Notes: a model not told the origin generated them from the sequence alone. Shown: positions 40,131 through 49,959, counted from the stretch's first letter. The stretch: 64,000 nt of DNA from Candidatus Ratteibacteria bacterium (GCA_046296715.1 JBKBIN010000004.1:1-64000), one strand, 5' to 3'. Program-made: numbers and translations.

Positions 40131-40167
40131 TTGTTATAATTATTATCCAATTTTTATTTTTTTTCAA

Positions 40168-40326
40168 GTTAATGCACAAATATATGAAGAAGTAAAAAAA
40201 TGTATAGAAGATGCAGCAAAAGGTGGTGGTTATATTTTAACTTCTTCAAATTCTATTCATTATAATGTTCCTGCAAAAAACTTAATATATATGGTAGAGG
40301 CAGCAAGAAAGTTTGGGAGATATTAA
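40168..40326 (+). pseudogene. C-terminal remnant of a uroporphyrinogen decarboxylase/MtaA-family gene
   Basis: EEVKKCIEDAAKGGGYILTSSNSIHYNVPAKNLIYMVEAARKFGRY* is the typical family C-terminus; the upstream frame is only the antisense strand/promoter of the M24 gene. Confidence 0.8.
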
Positions 40327-40374
40327 AGATAATAATTTTTTGAGAAAAAATTGACTTTATATATTCATCCCTTT

Positions 40375-41088
40375 TTACTTTTTGTTATTCCCATTTTTTA
40401 TTTCATTAGCAAGTATTATTGCCTCAGCAACTTCTTTCATACTTATTCTTTTATCCATACTAAACTTCCTAATTTTATCATATGCCTCCTGTTCTGTTAA
40501 TTTTTCTTCTTTCATAAGAATACCTTTTGCTTTCTCAATTTTTTTTCTTGCTTCAAGTTCTTCTTCAAGTATTTTCGTCTTTACTAAAAGTTCTGTATTT
40601 TCAATTACTATTGCTGCTTGATTTGCTATAGAAGAGATAACTTCTATTTCCTTTTCAGTAAATTTATATGGATATGTAGTATAAACATTCAAAACTCCTA
40701 TTGCCTTGTTTTTAACAATCATAGGTACTGACAACATTGATACCAGACCTTCTTTTTTTGCAATATCTATGTATTTATATTCTTTTTCTTTTTTAACATC
40801 TTCAACTATCATTGGTTTTTTTGTTTCAAATACTTTACCAGTTATACCTTCTCCTATTTTTAAAGGTGGTTTTTTTAAGTATTCATCACTCATTGCTTGT
40901 GTTGCTCTTATTTTTAGAACTTTTTCTTTCTCATCATAAAGAAATATTGAGCATATTTTTGAATTAAAAACTTCTGCAGTAACATTTACAATAAGCTTCA
41001 AAATATCTTCAAGATACATATCAGAAGTAATAGCACTACTAATTTTATAAAGGGCTTCAATTTCTTTATCAATATCTTTCTTTTTCAT
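40375..41088 (-). CDS. GAF + ANTAR domain RNA-binding antiterminator
   Basis: GAF (CSIFLYD, GEGITG, SMLSVPM, GVLNVY, ANQAAIVIEN) followed by ANTAR (RKKIEKAKGILM...EQEAY..IRK.SMD.R.SMKEVAEAI). Confidence 0.93.
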   Translation of the reverse strand: MKKKDIDKEIEALYKISSAITSDMYLEDILKLIVNVTAEVFNSKICSIFLYDEKEKVLKIRATQAMSDEYLKKPPLKIGEGITGKVFETKKPMIVEDVKKEKEYKYIDIAKKEGLVSMLSVPMIVKNKAIGVLNVYTTYPYKFTEKEIEVISSIANQAAIVIENTELLVKTKILEEELEARKKIEKAKGILMKEEKLTEQEAYDKIRKFSMDKRISMKEVAEAIILANEIKNGNNKK

Positions 41089-41091
41089 TTT

Positions 41092-42240
41092 TTATAAAAA
41101 TAATTTTTCAAAACTTTCTAAGAAGTATTTAAGATATTTAGAAATTTCAGAATTATTAAAATTGTCTATAAATGGTTGTCCATATTTGTTCATTTCAGTT
41201 CCACATATAACAGGCATATTCATTTTTTGACAAACAGCCATAAATTCGTTAAGTTTTTTTATTTTTAATTTTTTTTCATCTTCATTCTTTATGTTCCAGT
41301 TCCTCTCAGGTATTATCGTAATTCCTTTAATTCTTTTTGCTTTAAGCAATTCAACGAGAACTTCTGGATTTTTTTCTCCTTCATTTGTTCCATCAAGCCA
41401 TGTACCGATAGGTATTCCTCCTCCTTTTTCTATTATTTCTACAACTTTATCAAAAGTTGGAAAATCGGTACTTTTGGATTTTATATAACCAGGTCCACCG
41501 AATTTAATAAGTTTTTGTCGTATTTTTTCATATAAATCACCTATATTTTTTTCTTTTAATTCAATAAGTTTTTCTTTTTCAATTTCTAAAATATCAGCCC
41601 AGAAGATATCTACTTTTTCTTTCAAGATTTCTTTTGATTTTATATAATATGCGTAGATTATATGTCTTTCAGTTGGATTTTTTGATGGAGTTAAAGGAAG
41701 AACATCTTTTTCATAATCTATTTTAACATCTTTTAAATAGTTATTAATCTTCTCAATGATTTTTTTATTTCTTTTTTGAGCAATCCTTTTTAAATTGTCT
41801 AATAAATCTCTTTCTAAAGTATTTTCTTTTAGAACTTTTTTAAATCCCTTACCACATAAATAAAAAATACCAGGTTCATTTGGAGAATTTATAACTTTAT
41901 CTTTCATTTCTTCCAAAAAAACTCTTGTTTCAAAGCCACTGATTACTTTAAGATTTAGTAACTCACCAGCCCATAAGGTTTCTTCAAGAGCAATTAGTGT
42001 ATCAAAATCAACAGTTCCTAAATATAATAGTCCTTTTTTCCATCCTTCAAAAACAATCCTTAACGGAGACCAGTTTTTATAGTTGAAAGAATGAAAAGTA
42101 TGGATATGTGCATTAATAAGACCTTTATATTCATTATCCTTTTTAACTTTGTTTTTTTTGATTAAATTACATACTTCAAGAAAACTATTCTTTCTTATTT
42201 CAATATCAAAATCAGAAAGAGATTTTAGTATTTCCTCCAT
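41092..42240 (-). CDS. PHP-domain-like protein
   Basis: NAHIHTFHS (HxH), GTVDFD, GFETRV, PTERH, GTEMN. Confidence 0.65.
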   Translation of the reverse strand: MEEILKSLSDFDIEIRKNSFLEVCNLIKKNKVKKDNEYKGLINAHIHTFHSFNYKNWSPLRIVFEGWKKGLLYLGTVDFDTLIALEETLWAGELLNLKVISGFETRVFLEEMKDKVINSPNEPGIFYLCGKGFKKVLKENTLERDLLDNLKRIAQKRNKKIIEKINNYLKDVKIDYEKDVLPLTPSKNPTERHIIYAYYIKSKEILKEKVDIFWADILEIEKEKLIELKEKNIGDLYEKIRQKLIKFGGPGYIKSKSTDFPTFDKVVEIIEKGGGIPIGTWLDGTNEGEKNPEVLVELLKAKRIKGITIIPERNWNIKNEDEKKLKIKKLNEFMAVCQKMNMPVICGTEMNKYGQPFIDNFNNSEISKYLKYFLESFEKLFL

Positions 42241-42302
42241 TTTTATTAAAATTTTTTTAAATTTTACAATAAAAAGGTATAATATTCAAAAAGGAGGTTA
42301 AA

Positions 42303-42629
42303 ATGTCAGAAGAAGTTATAAATTTAAATAATGAAAATTTTAATGAGATAATCAAAAACAATGAAAAAGTTGTGGTTGACTTCTGGGCAAGTTGGTGTAT
42401 GCCATGTAAAATAGTTGCTCCAGCATTTGAAAATCTTGCAAAAAAATATAAAACTTCAATTATTTTTGCAAAGGTAAATGTTGATGAAAATCCTGATATT
42501 GCAGCTAAGTTTGAAATTATGTCAATCCCTAATTTTATAATTTTTAAAAATGGTGAAAAAATAGGAGAAATTGTAGGAGCGTATCCAGAAAACATACTTG
42601 AAGAAAAAATATTGAATTTCTTTAAGTGA
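42303..42629 (+). CDS. trxA: Thioredoxin
   Basis: VDFWASWCMPCK, KVNVDE, MSIP; AGGAGG RBS. Confidence 0.93.
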   Translation: MSEEVINLNNENFNEIIKNNEKVVVDFWASWCMPCKIVAPAFENLAKKYKTSIIFAKVNVDENPDIAAKFEIMSIPNFIIFKNGEKIGEIVGAYPENILEEKILNFFK

Positions 42630-43187
42630 TTAATTGCTCAAAATTATTTTTTTAATTCTTTCAACTGTTTTTTTAATGTCTTTGTTTACTATTCGTATAT
42701 CATAAAATTTTAATAATATTTTTCTTTCTTCCTTTGATAGTGATAATCTTTTTTGAATTTCTTGTTCATCCATATCTTTTCTTTTTCTCATTCTTCTTTC
42801 TTGTTCTATTAGTGAGGGTGGAAGAATCCCAATTAATAAAACATTATCATTATATCTTTCTTTAATTTTCAATCCTCCCTGAGTATCAATTACAAGCAAA
42901 GTTTTTTTATTCATTTTTAGATTTTCTTCTAATTGTTTTTTAGGAGTTCCGTAATAATTACCGTATACAATAGACCACTCAGCAAACTCATTATTTTCAA
43001 TCATTTTTTCAAACTTTTCTTTACTAACAAAATTATAATCAATTCCATTAATTTCATTTTTTCTTGGTTTTCTTGTTGTGTAGGTTGTAATTATATCAAT
43101 ATCTTTCAATTCACTTTTTAATATCTTTTGTATTGTAGTTTTTCCAGTTCCTGAGGGTGCAGAAAGAACAAATATTAGATGGTTCAT
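42630..43187 (-). CDS. gmk: Guanylate kinase
   Basis: SAPSGTGKTT, TTRKPR..E..G.DY.F, YGNYYGTP. Confidence 0.95.
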   Translation of the reverse strand: MNHLIFVLSAPSGTGKTTIQKILKSELKDIDIITTYTTRKPRKNEINGIDYNFVSKEKFEKMIENNEFAEWSIVYGNYYGTPKKQLEENLKMNKKTLLVIDTQGGLKIKERYNDNVLLIGILPPSLIEQERRMRKRKDMDEQEIQKRLSLSKEERKILLKFYDIRIVNKDIKKTVERIKKIILSN

Positions 43188-44117
43188 TTATGGAGTAAAT
43201 TTTCCTGTAGTTTTTAATGAATGAATTGCTCTTTCAGCAACAGTGTGAAAAGATGTATTTAATAGTTTTTCCCATTGTTTTATTGCCATATCAATCTGTC
43301 CATTTTTTTCATAAGCATGGGCTAAAACATCATCAACAAATTCAGGATGAGGGAATTTAATTGCTTTCTCTAAATATCTAACAGAATTTGGATAATCTTT
43401 CCCTTTATGATAATAAGTCCATCCAAGTTCAAAATAAAGGTCATACCTATCTTTGTTGTAAGCAATACCTTTTTTGAGGAAAGAAACACCATTACTATAC
43501 CAGTAAAGCATTTCCATTGGTACACTTATAAAATCTCTTATAAGATTATACATTTCTTTATCCTCTATTTTTTCTTTCAAATTATCTATTTTAATAAAGC
43601 AACTATTTATAAAATCCAAATATTCTTTAATCTTCTCATCTGTTTTAACATAGTCCCTTGCTAAACCCTCTATTAACTCTTTTATTTTATTTTTAATCTT
43701 AATTATTTCTTCTTTTTCTCTTGTGTTTCCCAATTTAGGTAATTTCTTTTCAATTTTTTCTTCTATAGAATTACCCCTTGCTCTAACATTAGAAAAAATA
43801 TTATATGCCATGTGCCAGCCCCCAACTGCCCAGACAACTATATATGTTGGCTGAAGCCATGCTATTGCTTCAAGTAATGGTAACATTTTATAATGTTGGC
43901 CAGAGTGCCAATAATTTTCTATATTTAGCCATAAAAGATCTGCGGCTAGTCCTTTAAAACCACTCAATATTAAACTACCGGCTATCTGTCCAGGCATCAA
44001 TAAAATAGAACTTTCAAGATTTTCAATTTGTTTAGAATAATCAATGCTCACTTGTAAAAATCCTATTGGGACTAAAAGTAATATTGCAACAAATAATCTA
44101 ATCCAATTTCTTTTCAT
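43188..44117 (-). CDS. Membrane-anchored TPR-like protein associated with an ABC transporter
   Basis: N-terminal TM segment, GFKGLAADLLW, WHMAYN, TPR-like LYFELGWTYY/LAHAYEK; ATGA overlap with the permease gene. Confidence 0.7.
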   Translation of the reverse strand: MKRNWIRLFVAILLLVPIGFLQVSIDYSKQIENLESSILLMPGQIAGSLILSGFKGLAADLLWLNIENYWHSGQHYKMLPLLEAIAWLQPTYIVVWAVGGWHMAYNIFSNVRARGNSIEEKIEKKLPKLGNTREKEEIIKIKNKIKELIEGLARDYVKTDEKIKEYLDFINSCFIKIDNLKEKIEDKEMYNLIRDFISVPMEMLYWYSNGVSFLKKGIAYNKDRYDLYFELGWTYYHKGKDYPNSVRYLEKAIKFPHPEFVDDVLAHAYEKNGQIDMAIKQWEKLLNTSFHTVAERAIHSLKTTGKFTP

Positions 44118-44878
44118 ATTTCCCTCTTTTGAATAAAATAAGAACCAATTAAAAGAATAACAGCAAGATATAATATTCCATAAATACCAGTTTTTAAAAT
44201 ATATTGCCAACTTACATCAATTCCAACAACAACCTTGTCTCTTATATTAAAATTTTCATAATTTGGAACGACTGTGTAAAGTATCTTCCATAAACCCTTT
44301 AAAATTACATTTTCTGTTCTATCTGCAAGTTGATTACCATATGAAGTCAAATGACCAACTATGTATAGGAAAAACGAAAAAATCACATTAAATGCATCTG
44401 AAGCAAAGGTTGCAACAGTAAGAGTAATTGAACCAATTAGAATAAGTTCAATAAATATTAATAATAGTGTTTTAAATACTTGTATATCTGGTGGACTTTT
44501 CTTAAAAATTAATAATCCTATGAAAAAAAGAGCCATAAGAATAAAATTTAAAAGTATAATTAAAATAATACCGAAAAATTTTCCAATAAAAAAATTTTGT
44601 CTTGTAATCGGTTTTGAAAATAAAGTATAAATGGTTCTTTTTTCAATTTCATTTGAAATTGCTGTAAGTGAAATAAAAATTGCAATTAGAGCACCAAAAA
44701 ATTCTATACCTGAGAAACTAACATCTTTAATCATTTTTAATTCTTCTTCTGCTGTTAAAAAAGAAAAAGCTTTAGATGCCCCAATTACAACAAGTGCGAC
44801 AACAAGTAATATATATAAAGTTTTTTTTCTTAGAGATTCTTTAAAAGTATTTAAGCCAATAAACCATGCCTTTTTCAT
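44114..44878 (-). CDS. ABC-2-type transporter permease (PilI-like)
   Basis: NTFKESLR, EIEKRTIYTLFSKPI.R..F.IGKF.G; about 6 TM segments. Confidence 0.88.
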   Translation of the reverse strand: MKKAWFIGLNTFKESLRKKTLYILLVVALVVIGASKAFSFLTAEEELKMIKDVSFSGIEFFGALIAIFISLTAISNEIEKRTIYTLFSKPITRQNFFIGKFFGIILIILLNFILMALFFIGLLIFKKSPPDIQVFKTLLLIFIELILIGSITLTVATFASDAFNVIFSFFLYIVGHLTSYGNQLADRTENVILKGLWKILYTVVPNYENFNIRDKVVVGIDVSWQYILKTGIYGILYLAVILLIGSYFIQKREI

Positions 44879-45630
44879 TTTTTTTCTCCTTTTTGATCAA
44901 ATTCTTCTATAGTTTTCACAAACAAATCTTCAAGACCTTCTGCATTATATTTTTGTATTAATTCATCAAGTTTTCCTGTTGCAAGCAAATACCCTCTATG
45001 AAATATTGCAATTCTATCACAGACCCTTTCTACTTCTGAGAGAAAATGACTTGATAAAAGAATTGTTTTTCCATCTTTTTTTAATTGTATTAATAAATCT
45101 CTTGTTTCAATACAACCAATAGGATCAAGACCAGTTGTTGGTTCATCAAGAATTAAAATTTTAGGGTCATTTATTAAACTTGCAGCAAGACCAATTCTTT
45201 CAAGCATACCTTTGGAATAATGTTTTAAAGCAAGTTTTTTAACTTCATGAAGTTTAACAAGAAATAACAATTTTTCAATTCTCTCATTTATAATTTTATC
45301 TGGAATTTCAAAAAGTTTTCCATAAAATTTTAAGAGTTCAGGACCAGTAAGATAATCATAATAATAGGGATTTTCAGGCAAAAAACCAACATTTTTCTTC
45401 ATCTCTATATCAAATTGGTCTTTCCCAAGTATGCTTATTTCTCCTGAAGTAGGATATAAAATTCCAAGCAAAAGTTTTAAACAAGTTGTTTTACCAGAAC
45501 CATTAGGACCAAGAATTCCATAAATTTCTCCTTCTTCAACACTAAAAGAAACATTTTCAAGTCCTATAACTATTTTATTTCTCCCAAGATAATAATATTT
45601 TGTTAATTCCCTAATTTCTATTACATTCAT
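44875..45630 (-). CDS. ABC transporter ATP-binding protein (PilH-like)
   Basis: GPNGSGKTT, GFLPENPY, YSKGM signature, LDEPTTGLDP, SSH. Confidence 0.93.
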   Translation of the reverse strand: MNVIEIRELTKYYYLGRNKIVIGLENVSFSVEEGEIYGILGPNGSGKTTCLKLLLGILYPTSGEISILGKDQFDIEMKKNVGFLPENPYYYDYLTGPELLKFYGKLFEIPDKIINERIEKLLFLVKLHEVKKLALKHYSKGMLERIGLAASLINDPKILILDEPTTGLDPIGCIETRDLLIQLKKDGKTILLSSHFLSEVERVCDRIAIFHRGYLLATGKLDELIQKYNAEGLEDLFVKTIEEFDQKGEKK

Positions 45631-45693
45631 TTTACCTCCTTCCTTTTCTACCCTTTTTCATTTAATTAAATAAATTATATCATCAAAAAAAAA

Positions 45694-46479
45694 TTATAAA
45701 AAATCAGCATAAATTTTATCAAAAATATAAGTTAAAACCTTTCCTTTTTCTCCCAATAACAGAGTATCCTTTTTTAGTTTGTTATAAATATTTTTTAGTC
45801 TTATCTTTAATCTTTTTATATCTCCTTCTTGGTCTTCTATATCATCTCTTATTTGAAAAGCAATTCCAAAATTTTTTGCCATTTTTTTAACTAATTTTTC
45901 TTTTTTTTCTTCTATTTTTTTAAAATAAAATGGCACTTTAAAGCAAATTTCAAAAAGTTTTCCTGTTTTCAAATAATCAATCTTTCTTTTTTCTTTTTCA
46001 CTAATCTGTTTTCCTTTATAAATTAAATCAAGAACTTGTCCTCCTGCCATTCCTTTATAACCTATTGCTTTAGCAACATCTCTTAATAATAAAAAATTTT
46101 TACTTTCTGCAATAAGTTGAAATCCATATGCTAAAAGTGTATCTCCGACAAGAATAGCAATTCCTTCACCGAATTTTTTGTGACATGTAGGTATTCCTCT
46201 TCTAAAATCATCGTTATCCATAGAAGGAAGATCGTCATGAACAAGTGAAAAATTATGTATAAGTTCTATTCCTCCTGCAATCGGTAAAACTTTCTTCTTA
46301 TTAATTCCAAAAATTTCACTCATACATAAAATCAAAATAGGTCTCAATCTTTTACCTTCAGAAAAAACAACATATCTTATTGCTTCACTTAAAATTTTAG
46401 GACAATCTTTGAAAGTAGGCAATTTTTTATTTAGATAGTCTTCTACTTCTTTCTTCCAAATTTTGATTTTATTTTCCAT
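45694..46479 (-). CDS. ispA: Polyprenyl (farnesyl/geranylgeranyl) diphosphate synthase
   Basis: GKRLRP, HDDLPSMDNDDFRRG, GQVLD, KTG, FQIRDD. Confidence 0.88.
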   Translation of the reverse strand: MENKIKIWKKEVEDYLNKKLPTFKDCPKILSEAIRYVVFSEGKRLRPILILCMSEIFGINKKKVLPIAGGIELIHNFSLVHDDLPSMDNDDFRRGIPTCHKKFGEGIAILVGDTLLAYGFQLIAESKNFLLLRDVAKAIGYKGMAGGQVLDLIYKGKQISEKEKRKIDYLKTGKLFEICFKVPFYFKKIEEKKEKLVKKMAKNFGIAFQIRDDIEDQEGDIKRLKIRLKNIYNKLKKDTLLLGEKGKVLTYIFDKIYADFL

Positions 46480-47572
46480 TTATGTAAATTTTTTTAACTC
46501 TTTCACTGCCAAAACCACATAGTATTTCTTGAGGAACAGTATTACTTATTTCTGCCATAGTTTCAATCTCAAAATTATCACCAAAAATTTCTATTATATC
46601 TCCTATTTTAACATTTTTTCCAGTAACATCTATAAGTGTCTGGTCCATAAAAATATTTCCAATAATCTTAACTTTTTCTCCATTTAATTTTAACCAATAC
46701 TTATTAGAAAGAGATCTTCTTAATCCATCTCCATATCCAATGCTGCAAGTTGCAACTTTCATTTTTCTCTTAGTAATGAATGATAGTCCATAACCTAAAG
46801 GAGTTAGTTTTTCAACATCTTTAATAAAACTAACTCTTGTAAAACCTTTTATAGCACAATTAAATTTAACTTTTTTGGCAAGATATTTTGCAGGATAAAC
46901 TCCTAAGATTAAAAGACCAACTCTAACCATATCAAAATCTTTATAACTTTCAGGTATATTTAAGACCGCTCCTGAATTTGCTATGTGTTTTATTGGAATT
47001 TTAATATAGTTTTCAATATTACTAATTACTTTTTTAAAAATATTTAACTGATGATTAGCATATGTTTTATCTTTCCATTCAGAAGTTGCAAAATGTGAAA
47101 AAATTCCCTCAATTTCTATTCCTTTAAAATCTATAATTTTTTCAACAAATGGAATTATTTCTTTTTCTTTAAGACCAATTCTACCAAGCCCTGTATCAAC
47201 TTTTATATGAACGATTGCCTTTTTTTGAGATTTTATAGAAATTTCTTTTATTTTTTGAAAAATTTCGTCATTACATAAAGTTATTCTTATATTATTTAAA
47301 ATACATTGTTCAACTTCTTCAGGTAAAATACTCCCCATTATAAGAATTGGTTTTTTAAGATTTAACTTTTTTAATTCCAGTGCTTCATCAAGACATGCAA
47401 CTCCATAAAAATCTACCAAGTCGTCTATTTTTTTGGCAACATTTTTAATCCCCATTCCGTAAAAATTACACTTAACACTTGCAAGAAATTTTTTTCTTGT
47501 TAAATTTTTCACTTTTAAGATATTCTTTCTTATTTTTTCAATGTCTACTTCAATCCATGTTCTTGTTTCCAT
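46469..47572 (-). CDS. alr: Alanine racemase family protein
   Basis: VKCNFYGMG (PLP Lys), HIKVDTGLGRIG, SHFA, HIANSG, GYGDG, MDQ. Confidence 0.88.
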   Translation of the reverse strand: METRTWIEVDIEKIRKNILKVKNLTRKKFLASVKCNFYGMGIKNVAKKIDDLVDFYGVACLDEALELKKLNLKKPILIMGSILPEEVEQCILNNIRITLCNDEIFQKIKEISIKSQKKAIVHIKVDTGLGRIGLKEKEIIPFVEKIIDFKGIEIEGIFSHFATSEWKDKTYANHQLNIFKKVISNIENYIKIPIKHIANSGAVLNIPESYKDFDMVRVGLLILGVYPAKYLAKKVKFNCAIKGFTRVSFIKDVEKLTPLGYGLSFITKRKMKVATCSIGYGDGLRRSLSNKYWLKLNGEKVKIIGNIFMDQTLIDVTGKNVKIGDIIEIFGDNFEIETMAEISNTVPQEILCGFGSERVKKIYINGK

Positions 47573-48260
47573 TTTTAATTTCACTTAATATTTTTTCTAC
47601 AACTTTTTCTGGTTCTGGGTTTTCATAAACAGGTCTACCTATAACAATAAAATCTGCTCCTTTTTTTATCGCCTGCTCGGGTGTTATAATTCTTTTCTGG
47701 TCGTCCTTTTCATTTTTTTCATCTATTCTTACTCCAGGAACAATTATTAAAAAAGGAGGTTTGTATTTCCTTCTAATCATTTCCAACTCTTGACCTGAAC
47801 AAACGACACCATCTATTCCCCATTTATACCCATAATCAACAAGTTTTTCAACAAGTTTATCTATTTTTGTATTCATATTTAGAAAATCAATGTCTTTTTC
47901 TGTGAATGATGTTAAGATACTCACTCCAATTATTTTTGTTTCACTTTTTAATTCTTTTTTTATCTCAATTATACTTTTTATCATCTGTTGTCCTGCCATT
48001 AAATGAACTGTAAACATATCAATTTCTTTTTCAAATATAATTCTTGAAGCATTTTTTACAGTATTAGGAATATCAAAGAATTTAAAATCAAGAAAAATTT
48101 TTTTACCTTCTTTTTTTAATTTTTTTATAATTTCGTCTCCACAGGTAAGATAAGGAATAATTCCTACTTTATAAAAATCTATGTTATCACCTAATCTTTC
48201 AATCAATTCATAAATTCTTTTTTTATCAACCAAATCAAGTGCTACTATTAGTTTTCCCAT
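47550..48260 (-). CDS. pyrF: Orotidine 5'-phosphate decarboxylase
   Basis: IVALD, FLDFKFFDIPNTV, LTS, PGVR, DDQKR, VIGRP. Confidence 0.96.
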   Translation of the reverse strand: MGKLIVALDLVDKKRIYELIERLGDNIDFYKVGIIPYLTCGDEIIKKLKKEGKKIFLDFKFFDIPNTVKNASRIIFEKEIDMFTVHLMAGQQMIKSIIEIKKELKSETKIIGVSILTSFTEKDIDFLNMNTKIDKLVEKLVDYGYKWGIDGVVCSGQELEMIRRKYKPPFLIIVPGVRIDEKNEKDDQKRIITPEQAIKKGADFIVIGRPVYENPEPEKVVEKILSEIKNGNKNMD

Positions 48261-49321
48261 TTCCTTCCAAAAAATTCAAGTATTGCAACGATTATAAGAA
48301 TTAAAATAACCTCAAATAAAACCTCAATCCCTCCATATATATTTAGATTTTTTAGAATTAAAGCATTTATACCTGTTGTCAATGTTAGAAGATAGATAAA
48401 TAAGATAGCCTGTTTTTGAGTCATCCCTAAGGAAACAAGACGATGAGAAAGATGGTTTTTATCTGCTTGAAATATTGAGTATCCTCTTTTTTTCCTAATT
48501 ATGATAACAGAAATTGTATCAAAAAAAGGAACAGAGAAAATAATCAAGGGAATAAAAACTGGTAGGAATGTTTTACTTTCTTCATATTTATAATATGTCA
48601 AAAGAATTGATGTAATACCAAGAAAATATCCTAAAAAGCTGCTTCCAGATTCTCCCATAAATATTTTCGCAGGAGGGAAATTGTGAAAAAGGAAACCGCA
48701 GACACTTCCAAGAAAAACAGATAAGATTGTAGCGATAAATAATTGATCCATTTCTAAGGCAAAAATAAACAAAATAATTCCTGTGATAGTTGCAACACCT
48801 GCAGAAAGTCCATCCATATTATCAAGGAGATTGAAACAATTCATCATAAGGATAATCCATAAGCAAGTAATTATATATGAAAGAAAAATATTAGAGATAA
48901 AAAAAGTAATTCTTATCCCAGATAAAAAAATAATTGTACCAGTAATAAATTGAAAAAACAATTTTTGGAACGCTTTAAGTTCATAAGTATCATCCAGTAA
49001 TCCAAAGAAAATTACTATAATACCACATAAAATTATACTCAATAATTTTGATAAAACAGAGTAAATTCCTGGGATATAATTTTTTATAAAGTCAGGTACA
49101 AGATTATAATTCACAAATAAAATTCCTATCGTAATAACAAGAAAAAAAGAACAAAATATTCCAAGTCCTCCAAGAAGAGGAGTTGGTTTTTTATGTATCT
49201 TTCTTTCTGATGGGATGGCTAAAATCCCTGTTTTTTTTGCAATTCTACCAAATAGCAAAGTCAAAAATAAAGATATCAAGAATGATGTAAAAAAAAGAAC
49301 TATATAAAGATATTTCCACAT
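48248..49321 (-). CDS. MraY/WecA-family (GT4) polyprenyl-phosphate HexNAc-1-P transferase
   Basis: RKIHKKPTPLLGG, GLLDD, NLLDNMDGL, IFMGESGS, DKNHLSHRL. Confidence 0.92.
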   Translation of the reverse strand: MWKYLYIVLFFTSFLISLFLTLLFGRIAKKTGILAIPSERKIHKKPTPLLGGLGIFCSFFLVITIGILFVNYNLVPDFIKNYIPGIYSVLSKLLSIILCGIIVIFFGLLDDTYELKAFQKLFFQFITGTIIFLSGIRITFFISNIFLSYIITCLWIILMMNCFNLLDNMDGLSAGVATITGIILFIFALEMDQLFIATILSVFLGSVCGFLFHNFPPAKIFMGESGSSFLGYFLGITSILLTYYKYEESKTFLPVFIPLIIFSVPFFDTISVIIIRKKRGYSIFQADKNHLSHRLVSLGMTQKQAILFIYLLTLTTGINALILKNLNIYGGIEVLFEVILILIIVAILEFFGRKWEN

Positions 49322-49369
49322 TTTAAACCTCTTTCTTTTATTTAATTCTATTTTATTTAAACCTTAAAG

Positions 49370-49471
49370 TCAATGATATTTTGTAAAAATTGATGTAGAG
49401 TGTATAATAAAATAATAAATTCAATGATATTTTGTAAAAATTGATGTAGAGTGTATAATAAAATAATAAAT
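49370..49471. repeat. Perfect 51-bp tandem duplication containing a promoter-like element
   Basis: TCAATGATATTTTGTAAAAATTGATGTAGAGTGTATAATAAAATAATAAAT at 49370-49420 and 49421-49471; each copy holds TTGTAA-16bp-TATAAT. Confidence 0.93.
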
Positions 49472-49482
49472 TGGAGAAGTAA

Positions 49483-49959
49483 ATGAAAATTGTTGTAATT
49501 ATGGGTTCAAAGGCAGATATTGAATGGGCAAAGAGAGTAGAAAACAAAATTAAAGAATTTGGGGTAAATGTTGATTTAAGGATTGCTTCTGCTCATAAAA
49601 CACCTATCAAAGTTTTAGAGATAATAAAAGAATATGAGAAGGAAGATGTGGTTTTTATAACAATTGCGGGAAGAAGTAATGCTTTAAGTGGATTTGTTGA
49701 TGCTAATACAGAAAAACCAGTTATTGCTTGCCCTCCATATAATGAAAAGTTTTCTGGATTTGATATTTTTTCAAGTTTAAGAATGCCTTCAGGAGTAGCA
49801 CCTTTAGTAATACTTGAACCAGAACAGGCAGCAATTGCAGCAGTAAAAATTTTATCTCTGAAATACACGGAATTAAGTTTAAAAATTAAAGATTTTCAGG
49901 AAAAAATGAAAGAAGAAATAGAAAGACAGGATAAAGATTTAAAAAATGGGAAGTGTTAA
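49483..49959 (+). CDS. purE: AIR carboxylase / N5-CAIR mutase
   Basis: IMGSKAD, SAHKTP, AGRSNALSG, PVIACP, SSLRMPSG. Confidence 0.92.
   Translation: MKIVVIMGSKADIEWAKRVENKIKEFGVNVDLRIASAHKTPIKVLEIIKEYEKEDVVFITIAGRSNALSGFVDANTEKPVIACPPYNEKFSGFDIFSSLRMPSGVAPLVILEPEQAAIAAVKILSLKYTELSLKIKDFQEKMKEEIERQDKDLKNGKC

Noticed and set aside
49353..49547. 64-aa minus-strand ORF with a repeated peptide
   Set aside because: It is a by-product of the 51-bp non-coding duplication and overlaps the purE start in antisense.
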